This document shows, piece by piece, positions 44,429 to 54,859 of a stretch of 64,000 nucleotides of DNA. A program made the translations under genes and the position numbers. The stretch spans positions 2,432,001 to 2,496,000 of the forward strand of contig OZ219747.1 in assembly GCA_964291265.2 (NCBI GenBank), given 5' to 3'. A model generated the notes under the pieces. That model saw only the letters and a list, made by a program, of their open reading frames with translations, was not told the origin of the DNA and ran no database searches. Origin of the DNA: Alphaproteobacteria bacterium. Lineage in GTDB: Bacteria; Pseudomonadota; Alphaproteobacteria; SP197. Each line of letters starts with the position of its first letter. Position 1 is the stretch's first letter.

Positions 44429-46822
44429 ATGCATGAAGAATCAAAACACAACGCGCGACTCGACCCGCTTGCCGATCTCATCGATTCCGTCGATCGGCCC
44501 GGCGACTACTGTGCGCATGGCCAAGTCCTTGCTCCGATGCCGCGAATCCGGGTGGGCACGGGCGAGATCCTGTCGTTTCCCATCCCTCCTGCGCAGGCGG
44601 TGGCGCTGATCGAATCGGCTTCAAGGGCGCCCTATGGCCGTGGTCCGGAGACGATCGTGGATCGCACGGTTCGCGATTGCTGGCAGATCGAACCCGGTCG
44701 GGTCGAGGTGGGCGGTCGTGCATGGCCCGAGACGCTGCGCGACATCCTGAGGCGGACCGCCGAAGGCTTGGGCTACTCGTCGGAGGCGGTGTCGGCGAGC
44801 CTGTACAAGGTTCTGATCTACGAAAGGGGCGGGTTCTTCGCACCGCACCGCGACACGGAAAAAACCGACGGGATGGTCGCCACTCTGGTGATTTCGTTGC
44901 CCGTGGCGGGCACCGGTGGAGAACTGGTTGTCCGTCACCGGGACCGGGAAACCACCGTCGACATGCTAACCGACGAACCCTCGGAACTGGTGTATGCCGC
45001 CTTCTATGCGGACTGCGAGCACGAAATCCACCCCGTGACCGAAGGATACCGAGTTTGTCTGGTCTATAATCTGGTGGTCGAGGAAGGCAGGAGCGTTCCG
45101 ACGAAGGCACCGGATTACGGCACCAAGGTGGCCGCCATTGCGGATGAGCTCGACGCCCGTTTCCGCGACCCCGAATCAGCCGCGAAGCTCGTCTGGATGC
45201 TTGAGCACGACTACAGCGAGGCCGGACTCTCGTTCCGCACCCTGAAGAACACGGACAGCGCCGTCGGACGGGTGATGATGGAGGCCGCCCGGCGTGCCGG
45301 TTGCGTGCTGCACGCTGCAACCGTGCACATCGAGGAACACGCCTCGGTCATCTGGTACGGCGGCTGGGAGCACGAGACCGAAGATGTCGATGAGAGCGAC
45401 TACGATTTGGTGGAGACTGTCGATTCCCTCCGTTGGCTCGATGGTTGGGTGTGCGCCGACGGTATGTCGGCGGAGTACGGCAAGCTGGAACTGTGCGATG
45501 GCGAACTGATGCGGGCGGACGAGCTTGCAGACGAGGAGCCCGACTCGCATCGCCTGTTCGAAGCCACGGGAAACGAGGGGGCCAGTGTCGAACGACTCTA
45601 CCGTCGGGCCGCGCTGGTGGTCTGGCCGCAGGCGGAGAGCATGAAGGTGCTGGCTCCTGCGGGCGGTGGCGCCCTGGTGTCGTTTGTGGAGGCCGAACGG
45701 GATCGGGAACGGGCAGGGACGGGTACTGGCCGTTCGGTCCGGGACTGGGCCTGCGAATTGGCGAAGGCATGGCCGAAACCCTCACCCACTCTCCATTACC
45801 TGAAGGGCGGCATCGGATCGTGGCGGGAACACTGTGTGAAGGCCCTGCAACTGCTGCACGCGATCGGCAACCGAAGCGCAGTGGCGCACTTTCTCGAAAC
45901 CGTGGTGCTGCCTTACTACGGGGCTGCCATGAACGATGCGTTGGTGGCCGTCATCTCACGAGAAGACGCAAGGGAGATGGGTGTTCTCTTGGACCGACTG
46001 GTGCGTTCCCAACTCGGTCGGGAGATCGATGGTATCCTGAACCTCATATGCATCCTCTGCGAGCGATTGGACGGTGGGAGAGACACGCCTTGGCGGCCGG
46101 TTCTGCGGGAGACCGTACTGGTTGCCTGTGCGTCGCTTCACGCCCTTTGCCGACCTCGCGATGATGCCCGGGGCACGAGGACGGAGAACCGCATGGTGCC
46201 TGTTTCCGTAGACACTCTACAGGCGCTCTTTCGCCTGGTGTGGCGGTACGATCTGGAGCAGCAGGCGTCCGAGGCGGCATCCTTCTTCAGGGCTCAACCC
46301 GATCTGCTTCCTCCTGACCGGAACGTGCCGACCCTGCTGGCCGCTCTGCACACAGAGCACGGCAATGGCCGAACCGGAACCAGCGCGGCGTTCGAGGCGC
46401 TGTGGCGGCACGGGGCCGCGTTCCTTTTGTGCCGGAGCAGCCATCCACCCGCGCCGCCAAAGGACTGGACCCTTCCGATAGATGGCCTCCGGTGCTCGTG
46501 CGAGCGGTGCGACGCTTTGCGTCAGTTCTGCCTCGACGGCGAAGCGCGGGTTCGGCATTTCGCGGTTCGGCAGGACTTGAGAAGCCACCTCAGGCAGCAG
46601 ATCGAAACCAGCGGAATCGACATGTGTTACAAAACCGAGAGGCGGGGCAACCCGCACCGTCTCGTTTGTACCAAGACTCGTGCCAGCCATGAAAATCGCA
46701 TGCAACAGTACAACGGCGACATCGTCGAAATGCGCCGGCTGATAGGGCTGGCAAGGAGTGTGCCCGGTGTTGCCGGCGTGGCGGAGGATCTGAGTGCAGC
46801 CGTCGGGCGGGCGCAGAGTTAG
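44429..46822 (+). CDS. 2OG-Fe(II) oxygenase-domain protein with long helical C-terminal region
   Basis: YKVLIYERGGFFAPHRDTEK (HxD), DCEHEI (H), GYRVCLVY (R); C-terminal CSCERC...H...CTK. Confidence 0.85.
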   Translation: MHEESKHNARLDPLADLIDSVDRPGDYCAHGQVLAPMPRIRVGTGEILSFPIPPAQAVALIESASRAPYGRGPETIVDRTVRDCWQIEPGRVEVGGRAWPETLRDILRRTAEGLGYSSEAVSASLYKVLIYERGGFFAPHRDTEKTDGMVATLVISLPVAGTGGELVVRHRDRETTVDMLTDEPSELVYAAFYADCEHEIHPVTEGYRVCLVYNLVVEEGRSVPTKAPDYGTKVAAIADELDARFRDPESAAKLVWMLEHDYSEAGLSFRTLKNTDSAVGRVMMEAARRAGCVLHAATVHIEEHASVIWYGGWEHETEDVDESDYDLVETVDSLRWLDGWVCADGMSAEYGKLELCDGELMRADELADEEPDSHRLFEATGNEGASVERLYRRAALVVWPQAESMKVLAPAGGGALVSFVEAERDRERAGTGTGRSVRDWACELAKAWPKPSPTLHYLKGGIGSWREHCVKALQLLHAIGNRSAVAHFLETVVLPYYGAAMNDALVAVISREDAREMGVLLDRLVRSQLGREIDGILNLICILCERLDGGRDTPWRPVLRETVLVACASLHALCRPRDDARGTRTENRMVPVSVDTLQALFRLVWRYDLEQQASEAASFFRAQPDLLPPDRNVPTLLAALHTEHGNGRTGTSAAFEALWRHGAAFLLCRSSHPPAPPKDWTLPIDGLRCSCERCDALRQFCLDGEARVRHFAVRQDLRSHLRQQIETSGIDMCYKTERRGNPHRLVCTKTRASHENRMQQYNGDIVEMRRLIGLARSVPGVAGVAEDLSAAVGRAQS

Positions 46823-47128
46823 GCCGCTTGATGTGTTGAGGTCCGTCCGGAGGATTCTGGTAGGTGACGGCCGGAGCGCCGTCACTGAGCCATCGCTTCA
46901 GTTGAACGGTTCTCGGCATGCCCGTTCGGCCCAAGGTGGGTTCAGCAGACGGGCAGTGTTCCGCACTCCGGATCGTCCTGTGTCGTAACTACCCAGGTAC
47001 CTCGTCAGGTCTGAGTCTGTGTTGACGTTGGGTGCGGTTTTGGTGTCGTCGGTTTGTTGATTCTGCGCGTCTTGACTTACTAGGCCGGTGAGCCTATGAG
47101 TTGCCCTCTGTCATGAGGGGAGCGGCCG

Positions 47129-47798
47129 TTGGGGTACTTCGGATCGAAGGCGACGCCGGGTTTGTGCCAGGCGCTGATTGCGATGATGCCGCCGCACTCT
47201 GTCTACATTGAGAGCCATCTGGGGGGCGGCGCGCTGATGAAGCGCAAGCCTGCGTCTGTGCGCTCGATCGGGATTGACCGTGATGAGCGTGCGCTTGAGG
47301 CCTTTGAGTGCGCTTATCCGGTGGAGTTGGTGCACGGCTGTGCTCACTCCTTCCTGGCTTCGTTCCCGTTTCTGGGTCCGGAGCTGGTCTACAGCGATCC
47401 GCCCTATCTGCACGCGACGCGGCGTTCGTCGCAGCGCTACCGCTTCGAGTACGAGGAGGCGGACCATGTTGCGCTCCTTGAACTGCTCAAGGGCCTGCCC
47501 TGTCAGGTGATGGTCTCGGGCCACCCGTGAAGCGCTCTATGACGATCTTCTGGCGGGCTGGCGCCGGGTGGCGCTGCAGGTGACGACCCAGGCCCAGGTG
47601 CGGACCGAGGTGGTATGGTTCAACTTTGCTCCCGACCGGGTGCACTGGTCGCGCTACGCGGGGCGGAACTTCACCGCCCGCCAGTGCATCAAGCGCAAGG
47701 CGGCCAACTGGGGGCGGCGCTATGAGGCCATGCCGCCGGGGGAACGTCTGGCCGTGCTGGCGGCGATCATGGCCGTCGAGGCCGGGGAGGGTTCGTGA
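47129..47798 (+). pseudogene. Dam/D12-class DNA adenine methyltransferase, interrupted (TGA plus +1 shift at 47528-47531)
   Basis: GYFGSK, YIESHLGGGA, GID, YSDPPY, VMVSGH; the downstream frame continues ALYDDLLAGW...RTEVVWFNF. Confidence 0.8.
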
Positions 47799-49336
47799 CC
47801 GTCTCGCGCTGGCGCGAGGACCTCGCCGCCCATGACGAGGCCTTCGTGGGCCTGCAGGATCTGTTCAGTCCACACTCCTTCGCCGTGACTGCCGTCAAGG
47901 CCCTCCGGGATTGGGGCCAGGGGATGTTGCGCCTGAGCGTGGCGCTGGTCGGGGAGATCGAGGCGCTGGAGCGGGAGAACACCGGCTTGCGCGAACGGAT
48001 TGATGCACTCGAGCGCAGCGCCGCGCTCGACAGCTCCACCAGCTCCAAGCCACCGGCCAGCGACGGTCCGAAGAAGAAGAGCGGAAACCGACAGAAGCGC
48101 ACCCGGAGCCAGCGCGGCAAGTCCGACAGGCCCAGTGGCGGTCAGCGCGGCCACGAGGGAGTCACCCTGAAGCAGGCCGAGAACCCGGACCACGTCGTCG
48201 ATCATGCCCCATCCGCCTGTAAGGGCTGCGGCGCGGCGCTGTCGGATGATGACCGTCACGCAGAACCCGTCTGTCGGCAGGTCTTCGACATGCCCGAGCC
48301 GCAGCCCCTCGAGGTCACCGAACATCGCGCCCATCGCTGTCTCTGCGCCGCCTGCGGCGCCGTGACAACAGCCGCCTTCCCGCACGGCGTGAGCGCCCCG
48401 GTCCAGTACGGGCCGCGCATCACCGCCTGGGTGACCTACCTGTTGCACGCCCAGTTCATTCCCGAGAAGCGCGTCGCCGAGGTCATGAGCGACCTCTCCG
48501 CCGTCAGGATCTCAACCGCCACCATCGCCGCCATGGGCAGGCGCACCGCCCGGCGCTTCGAGAGCTTCCTCGATCATGTCGCAGAGATCATCCGCACCCA
48601 AGCCCCGGTCAAACACCTCGACGAGACCGGTATCCGCATCAACGGCCAGACCCACTGGCTCCATGTGCTGTGCACCCCCTTGCTCACCATCCTGCGCATC
48701 GCCACCGGGCGCAAACACATCGACGAGACACTCAACGGCATCGTCATCCATGACGACTTGGCCACTTACTTCACTCTCGAGGGCGTGCGCCACGGTGCCT
48801 GCAACGCCCATCGCTCGCGCGAACTCCAGGCTCTGATCGAGATCGAGAAGGAAGACTGGGCCACCGCCATGCACAGGCTCCTCACCCGTGCCAACAGAGC
48901 CGCCCGCTTCGCCCGCAAGAACGACCGCGACATCCCCGCTTCACTCCTCGCCCGCATCTCGCAAGCCTGGGACAGGATCCTCGAGCAGGCCATCGCTTCC
49001 CACGAACAGAGGCCGCCGCTCCAGCCCGGAAAGCGCGGACGACGAAAACGCCGCATCGGCCACAACCTCGCGCTTCGCCTTCAGAAGCACAAGGACGGCT
49101 GCCTGCGCTTCCTCACCAACCCGCAAGTCCCGTTCTCCAACAACCAGGCCGAGCAAGACTTCCGCATGAGCAAGCTGCGCCAGAAAATCTCGGGCGGCTT
49201 CCGATCCATGCAGGGCGCATGGGACTTCGCCAAGCTGCGATCCGTCATCTCCATCGCCCGAAAACAGGGCTGGAATGTCCTCGAAACACTGGCCCACCCC
49301 GATCCCATACAGCTGATCCCGAAACTGCGCTTCTGA
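47795..49336 (+). CDS. IS66 family transposase
   Basis: Coiled coil then DSSTSSKPPASD, GGQRGHEG, Zn finger CKGCG...RQVFD...CAACG, HLDETG, HDD, NNQAEQDFR, KISGGFRS. Confidence 0.95.
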   Translation: MTVSRWREDLAAHDEAFVGLQDLFSPHSFAVTAVKALRDWGQGMLRLSVALVGEIEALERENTGLRERIDALERSAALDSSTSSKPPASDGPKKKSGNRQKRTRSQRGKSDRPSGGQRGHEGVTLKQAENPDHVVDHAPSACKGCGAALSDDDRHAEPVCRQVFDMPEPQPLEVTEHRAHRCLCAACGAVTTAAFPHGVSAPVQYGPRITAWVTYLLHAQFIPEKRVAEVMSDLSAVRISTATIAAMGRRTARRFESFLDHVAEIIRTQAPVKHLDETGIRINGQTHWLHVLCTPLLTILRIATGRKHIDETLNGIVIHDDLATYFTLEGVRHGACNAHRSRELQALIEIEKEDWATAMHRLLTRANRAARFARKNDRDIPASLLARISQAWDRILEQAIASHEQRPPLQPGKRGRRKRRIGHNLALRLQKHKDGCLRFLTNPQVPFSNNQAEQDFRMSKLRQKISGGFRSMQGAWDFAKLRSVISIARKQGWNVLETLAHPDPIQLIPKLRF

Positions 49337-49943
49337 CATCCCTCCTCGGCGCCATCAGACCGCAGCCATCAATCCACCTCCCGTCAGGACTCGGCGAAAT
49401 CAGACCTGGGCAGTTACCCTGTGTCTGCCTTGATGCCCGAATCCAGCTGCACTCGACAGGATGTCGGTGGGTCGGGTCGCTCTCAAGACAAGCGATCAGA
49501 GTGCGGCGTTGTTTGTTCGCCCGCCATTGTGCGACGTGCGCACCCGATGCCTTCGCGGAATCGCTCGCCGGGTGCGCACAGTGTGCCGTGGTCTGGACAT
49601 GGCTTTCGAGCGAGCAACTTCCCGATCGTCGGCAGGTGTATCGTCGGGGGCCAGGGCGCGGAACGCAGAGCTGTGGCGTAGCTCATGGAATCACGCATCG
49701 TCCAGGTTCGTGCAGGCCATGACAACGGCTCCGGGAGACCATCCACCAAGCGCGTGCGGCGGCGGAGCCAGTCGCCGTGGGAAGCACCGGAAGCGCGTTC
49801 GATCGCCTCGCACATTGCGCTCGTCTCGGCCTGTCCGGGGCTGGCGCCCTTGTCTGAACTCCTGCTCCTGAGCGTGGTGCGTGGGCAGGCGCAGGGTCTC
49901 GTTCCGGAGTGCAATGTTGCCTGCCGGACCACTGGGCTTGTCT

Positions 49944-50414
49944 TCACTCCTGTTCGCTGCGTTCCTGATCAAAGCGGCGACGACCCAGACGCGCCTGATA
50001 GTCATGCCCGCGCCAGCCCGCGCGGAACAGCCACTGTTCTTCCGGTTGCCGTCGGGCGAGCGCCGGGGAGACTTCCACCTCGTCGAAGCCGCTGCGCCGG
50101 ACCATGGCGTACTGATCGGCGAGGATGTGGCCTGCCGCACGCAGCCGGCCCCGGTAGCCCAAGAGCCGCAGGCAGCGAGCCAGCGAGAAACCGCGGCCGT
50201 CCGTGTGCGACTGGAATGAAACGCGAATGAGTGCAATGCGCTCGAAGTGTGGCACGAAATCCTCGGCCGTCGCCGTGTTCTCGACATCGAGCGCAACCCC
50301 CTCAGGCAGGGCAGCGTGATCGTCCTCTCGACTCCAGCGGACAAACTCGCCGTGCCAGTCGTCGTCATGAAAACCGGTGTCGCGAACGAGAATCCCGGAG
50401 ACCACGCTTCCCAC
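49944..50414 (-). CDS. DUF934 family protein
   Basis: DGRGFSLAR.LR..GY.G.LRA.GHIL.DQY...RRSGFD; typical sulfite reductase operon member. Confidence 0.85.
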   Translation of the reverse strand: MGSVVSGILVRDTGFHDDDWHGEFVRWSREDDHAALPEGVALDVENTATAEDFVPHFERIALIRVSFQSHTDGRGFSLARCLRLLGYRGRLRAAGHILADQYAMVRRSGFDEVEVSPALARRQPEEQWLFRAGWRGHDYQARLGRRRFDQERSEQE

Positions 50415-50416
50415 GG

Positions 50417-52086
50417 CTAGCGCCCTGCGATCGGAGCGGTGTCGGGATAGAGCGCCGCCTTGAAGGGCTGCATGCCGACGCGCCGGTATGTTGAGAGAAA
50501 GGCCTCGTCCTCGTTGGACCGGAGGTCGAGGTAGGCATCGATCAACCGCTCCACGGCAGGGATGATGTCGTCTGCCGCGAAGCCAGGGCCGGCGCGTTCA
50601 CCGAGCGCGGTCGTTTCCGTTCCGTCGCCACCGAGAGTGATCTGGTAGTTCTCTGCTCCGGCGCGGTCGAGACCAAGAATGCCGATGTGCCCGACATGGT
50701 GGTGCCCGCAGGCGTTGATGCAGCCGGATATCTTGATCTTGAGATCGCCGATCAGGCGCTCGTCCCCACGCTCCTTCATCCGGGTGGCGATGCCCTGGGC
50801 AATCGGGATGGAGCGGGCGGTAGCGAGGTTGCAGTAGTCCAGCCCGGGGCAGGCAATGATGTCCGATGCCAGCCCGACATTGGCGGTCGCGAGATCCGCC
50901 TTGCGCAGTGCTGCATGAAGCGCCGGCACATCGCGCTTGTGCACGTGGGGCAGAATGCAGTTCTGTTCATGGCTGATCCGGATTTCGTCATGGCCATATC
51001 GCTCCGCCAGGTCGGCGATGACGCGCATCTGTCCTGCGGTGGCATCGCCCGGCGTGGCGCCGTGGGTCTTGAGCGAGATGGTGACGATTGCGTACGCGGG
51101 ATTCCGGTGCGGGCAGAGGTTGGAATCGACGAACGATCGGAAAACCGGGTCGTGCGCAAGCGTCGCGTCGAATGCTCCTGTCGGCGCCTCGATGAATGCC
51201 GGCGCCGCGAACATCGCGCCGATGCGCTTCAAGAGAGCCTGGTGCGTACCGCGGAACGCCTTGCGTTGAATCAGGAAGCGTTGCTCGACACGGTCGCGGA
51301 AGGCCTCGAACCATGCTCGTTGACCGTGATCTTGATGCGCGCCTTGTACTTGTTGTCGCGGCGCCCGATGGTGTTGTAGACCTGCAGGATGGACTCGACG
51401 TAGGGTAGCAGGTCAGCCTCAGGCAGGTAGTCGCGGATGACCGAGCCTATCACCGGGGTGCGCCCGAGCCCGCCGCCCACCACAACCTCGTAGCCGATCT
51501 CATCCGCCTCATTGCGGATCATGCGCAGACCGATGTCATGAGCGCGGGTCACGGCACGGTCGACCGGGGAACCGCTCACTGCGATCTTGAACTTTCTCGG
51601 CAGGAACGCGAATTCCGGGTGATCCGTCGACCATTGCCGGAGCAGTTCGGCGGTCGGGCGGGGGTCGGCGACCTCGTCGGCGGCCGCACCGGCAAAATGG
51701 TCGGCTGTAATGTTGCGCACACAGTTGCCGGACGTCTGGATTGCATGCATCCCGACGTCCGCGAGAGCGTCGAGAATATCCGGCACGTCCTTGAGCCTGG
51801 GCCAGTTGAACTGGACGTTCTGACGCGTCGTGAAGTGTCCGTAGCCCTTGTCCCAACGTTCCGCGACTTGGGCCAGCTGGCGCATCTGCCGACTGTCCAG
51901 CGTTCCGTAAGGAATGGCCACACGAAGCATGTAGGCGTGCAACTGCAGGTAGAGCCCGTTCATCAGTCTGAGGGGCTTGAACTCCTCTTCGGTCAGGGAA
52001 CCTTCAATGCGGCGCTCCACCTGCTGGCGGAACTGCGCGACCCGTCTGCGTACGAATTCCCGGTCGAAGCTGTCGTATCTGTACAC
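50417..52086 (-). pseudogene. cysI: Sulfite/nitrite reductase hemoprotein, split by a 1-nt frameshift near 51310
   Basis: RLMNGLYLQLHAYMLR, HFTTRQN, TSGNCVRN, LPRKFK; second frame ACPGLDYCNLA, SGCINACGHH; span is 1670 nt (not a multiple of 3). Confidence 0.9.
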
Positions 52087-52089
52087 GCG

Positions 52090-52392
52090 TCAACTCCCCG
52101 CCTGCTTGCCATGGCAGTAGTTGGAGGGCCCGGTCGCGCGAAGGACCTCCCGGATGTGAACCGGTTCTGGTCCCCGGTGACCTTCACGCACAGCCGCCAT
52201 CAGATAGGGCCCGACAACGGCATCTTCTTGCGCCTCGGCTGCTGCAAGGCTTCGGTGCGCTTCGCCTTCGTCCTCGAAGAGGTAGGCATCAACCGGGCGG
52301 CGCGTCCAGGCGCCATCGGGCGCAAGATAGACCACGCCGCCATCGAAGAGGTCGTTCGCGGTGAGAACGCACGGCTTGAAGGCGCGGGCCAT
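52090..52392 (-). CDS. DUF2849 family protein
   Basis: LTANDLFDGGVVY, VVGPY, HIREVLRATGPS; between cysG and cysI. Confidence 0.85.
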   Translation of the reverse strand: MARAFKPCVLTANDLFDGGVVYLAPDGAWTRRPVDAYLFEDEGEAHRSLAAAEAQEDAVVGPYLMAAVREGHRGPEPVHIREVLRATGPSNYCHGKQAGS

Positions 52393-53795
52393 CACACGGC
52401 CTCCCGACTGACCTCGAGGTCCGCCTGCCCCTTGCGCATGGCGGCGCGAGGCAGGACTCCGAGCATCAAGACCACCGGCCCCCCAGGACGTGTCTCGTCC
52501 AGCGCGTCGGGCAGATCGAGAAGCGTCGTTGAGACGATCCGCTTGTCCTGGCGCGAAGCGTTCTCGATGATCGTGATCGGCGTCGATGGCGCAGCCCCGC
52601 GCATCAGAAGTCGTCCGCGCAGGAAGGCGGCCGCGCGCTTGCCCATGTAGACCGCGGCGACGGATCCGGGCCGGGCAAGGGTGGTCCAGTCATGCTCGGC
52701 GAACCCGTCAACGTCACGGGCCGCGATGAGGCGAAGCTCCGAGTTGCGACCGCGCCGCGTCAGCGAGACACCCATGTCCGCAGCCGCGCCAGCGGCCGCC
52801 GTGATTCCCGGAACAACCTCCCAAGGGATGCCCGCGGCCTCCAGCACCTGGATCTCTTCGTCCAGCCTGCCGAACACCGCCGGATCGCCGGACTTGAGGC
52901 GGATCACGTGCCCTCCTTCCCGGGCGCGGCGCACCAGCAGCGCGTTGATGCGCGCCTGCGACCACGACGGGCCGTATCCGGACTTGCCTGCGCAGATGCG
53001 TTCCGCTTCCCGTCGTGCGAGCTCAAGCACCTGTACCGAGACCAGTCGGTCATGCACCACGATGTCCGCCTCGTGCAGACGGTTGCGCGCCTTGAGAGTG
53101 AGCAGTTCCGGGTCGCCTGGCCCCGCGCCCACGAATGAAACCAGACCGGAAGGGCGCGTCGCGGCGGCAGTCTCATCAAGCAGCGAACGGAGCGCTTCCA
53201 GGGCGCCGTTCCTGCCCTCCCTGGCATAGCTCCGGGGGCCGCGCCGGAAGAAGTACTCTGACCAGAACGCCCGTCGCATCCGGCCCGAAGGCACGCCTTC
53301 GCACCTGCTCCGGAATACCTGTGCGATGCGCGCGAGCGGTCCCAGGGACATCGGCAGTTGCGCCTCGATTGCCGCCTTGAGGCTTCGGGCCAGCACCGGG
53401 GCGGTCCCTTCCGTTCCGATGGCCACCGTGACCGGATCGCGGTCCACGATGGCGGGCGTCGTGAAGTCGCTGTCCTTGAGATTGTCGACGATGTTGACGG
53501 GAATCCTGCGCCGCCTCGCCAGTGCGCCAACGCGCGCATCCTCCGAGGCATCGTTGCTTGCGCAGTAGACGAGCGCGGCACCGTCGAGGTCGCCGGTCAC
53601 AACGCGGCGCCAGACGTGGCGCAACGCGCCGTCGCGGTGCCACGCCAGGATCTGCTGATCCGGGTCGGGACCGAACACCGAGATCTCGGCGTCGCTCTTC
53701 AGCAGCAGGCGCAGCTTGGCCACCGCAGCCTGCCCGGCGCCAGAGATGACAGCCCGTCGGCCCGCGAGGCGGAGGAAGATCGGGAAATGCTGCAC
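52392..53795 (-). CDS. cysG: Siroheme synthase
   Basis: HFPIF, NIVD....DFTTPAIVDR, VGAGPGDPELLTLKA, RLKSGDP.VFGR, VPGITAA. Confidence 0.95.
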   Translation of the reverse strand: MQHFPIFLRLAGRRAVISGAGQAAVAKLRLLLKSDAEISVFGPDPDQQILAWHRDGALRHVWRRVVTGDLDGAALVYCASNDASEDARVGALARRRRIPVNIVDNLKDSDFTTPAIVDRDPVTVAIGTEGTAPVLARSLKAAIEAQLPMSLGPLARIAQVFRSRCEGVPSGRMRRAFWSEYFFRRGPRSYAREGRNGALEALRSLLDETAAATRPSGLVSFVGAGPGDPELLTLKARNRLHEADIVVHDRLVSVQVLELARREAERICAGKSGYGPSWSQARINALLVRRAREGGHVIRLKSGDPAVFGRLDEEIQVLEAAGIPWEVVPGITAAAGAAADMGVSLTRRGRNSELRLIAARDVDGFAEHDWTTLARPGSVAAVYMGKRAAAFLRGRLLMRGAAPSTPITIIENASRQDKRIVSTTLLDLPDALDETRPGGPVVLMLGVLPRAAMRKGQADLEVSREAV

Positions 53796-53941
53796 GGCGA
53801 CTGCCCGTTGTCGTTTTCTCAAGGGGTCCGACAACTGTACGGTTTTTCTGGACCTGAGACAACACTCCTATACAATTGGGATGATTTTCACGAATACGAG
53901 CGCGTTACGGAAATATCTTTACGCACGTTGCGGAGGTGGAG

Positions 53942-54403
53942 ATGGCAGTCCAGCTCGATGGTGTCGACCGGAAAGTTCTTGCGGCAATGCAGGAGGACGC
54001 TTCGCGCTCCCTTGATGACATCGCGGAGAAGGCCGGCGCCTCTCGGACGTCGGTGTGGCACAGAATACGGAAGCTTCGGGCTGCCGGGATCATTCGACAG
54101 AACACGGTTCTCCTCGACCCCGACAAGCTGGGACTGGAGGCGTGCTTCTTCGTGCTCATCCGGACTTCCGAACACCAGAAGGACTGGCAGGACCGGTTCC
54201 TGGAGACGCTGAAGGGGCGCCCGGAGGTGATGGAAGCCCACCGTCTGGCGGGCGATGTCGACTACATCCTCAAGGTCCGCGTGGAAAACGCCAGGGCCTA
54301 TGACGATTTCTATCAGGCGCTCATTTCCCAGGTGAAGATCTTCAACATCACCTCCCTTCTGTCCATGGAGGAAATCAAGTCGTCGACCGAGTTGCCTCTG
54401 TGA
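53942..54403 (+). CDS. Lrp/AsnC family regulator (DecR-like)
   Basis: LDGVDRKVL, WHRIRKL, HRLAGDVDYILKV, MEEIKS; divergent from cysG. Confidence 0.9.
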   Translation: MAVQLDGVDRKVLAAMQEDASRSLDDIAEKAGASRTSVWHRIRKLRAAGIIRQNTVLLDPDKLGLEACFFVLIRTSEHQKDWQDRFLETLKGRPEVMEAHRLAGDVDYILKVRVENARAYDDFYQALISQVKIFNITSLLSMEEIKSSTELPL

Positions 54404-54859
54404 GTGCAGGATGATGGCAGGCGCGCCTTGGCACGTGGCGAACACCGATCGGAGTTCGAAACAGCCAGCCGGTCGACCAGGTGGCGGACCCGGCGCCGGT
54501 CGAACCCAGCATGCTTCCCACTTGCGCCAGGTTGATCGCGATGCGTCGCTCGGCGAGACCACTTGGCGTCAATGTGTCGGGGAGAGAAGCACCCGCTCAT
54601 CGCATCGCGGCGGCGCCGAACCAAACGTTCGGGCCGCCATGTCGTTCACTGCAGCGTCGGGATGCTGAAACAGGTCTTGGCCGCATCCGCTTGCGTCACT
54701 GCGTCCGTTGCGCCGTAAGAGAGCTGAGCACCTGCGATCATGCGGCCAGCCCAAGGACGCCCGGACTCGTCGGACGGCTGTTGACGCAATCCGTTCGTGC
54801 CGGCTGGAACCAGTTGCGCATTCGCACCGAGGCTGGAGCGCGTATCAAACCAGTGACGG

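Larger units (their letters stand above)
46985..49417 (+). mobile_element. Complete IS66-family (ISBst12-like) element with methyltransferase passenger
   Basis: IRL GTAACTACCCAGGT; IRR (reverse complement) GTAACTGCCCAGGT; 8-bp direct repeat CCTGTGTC at 46977-46984 and 49418-49425. Confidence 0.92.

Noticed and set aside
47528-47531. Selenocysteine TGA in the methyltransferase
   Set aside because: The downstream homology lies in a different frame, so readthrough would not restore the protein.
49426-49940. Possible gene between IS66 and DUF934
   Set aside because: None of the overlapping ORFs has a recognisable motif or convincing start; probably degraded sequence.
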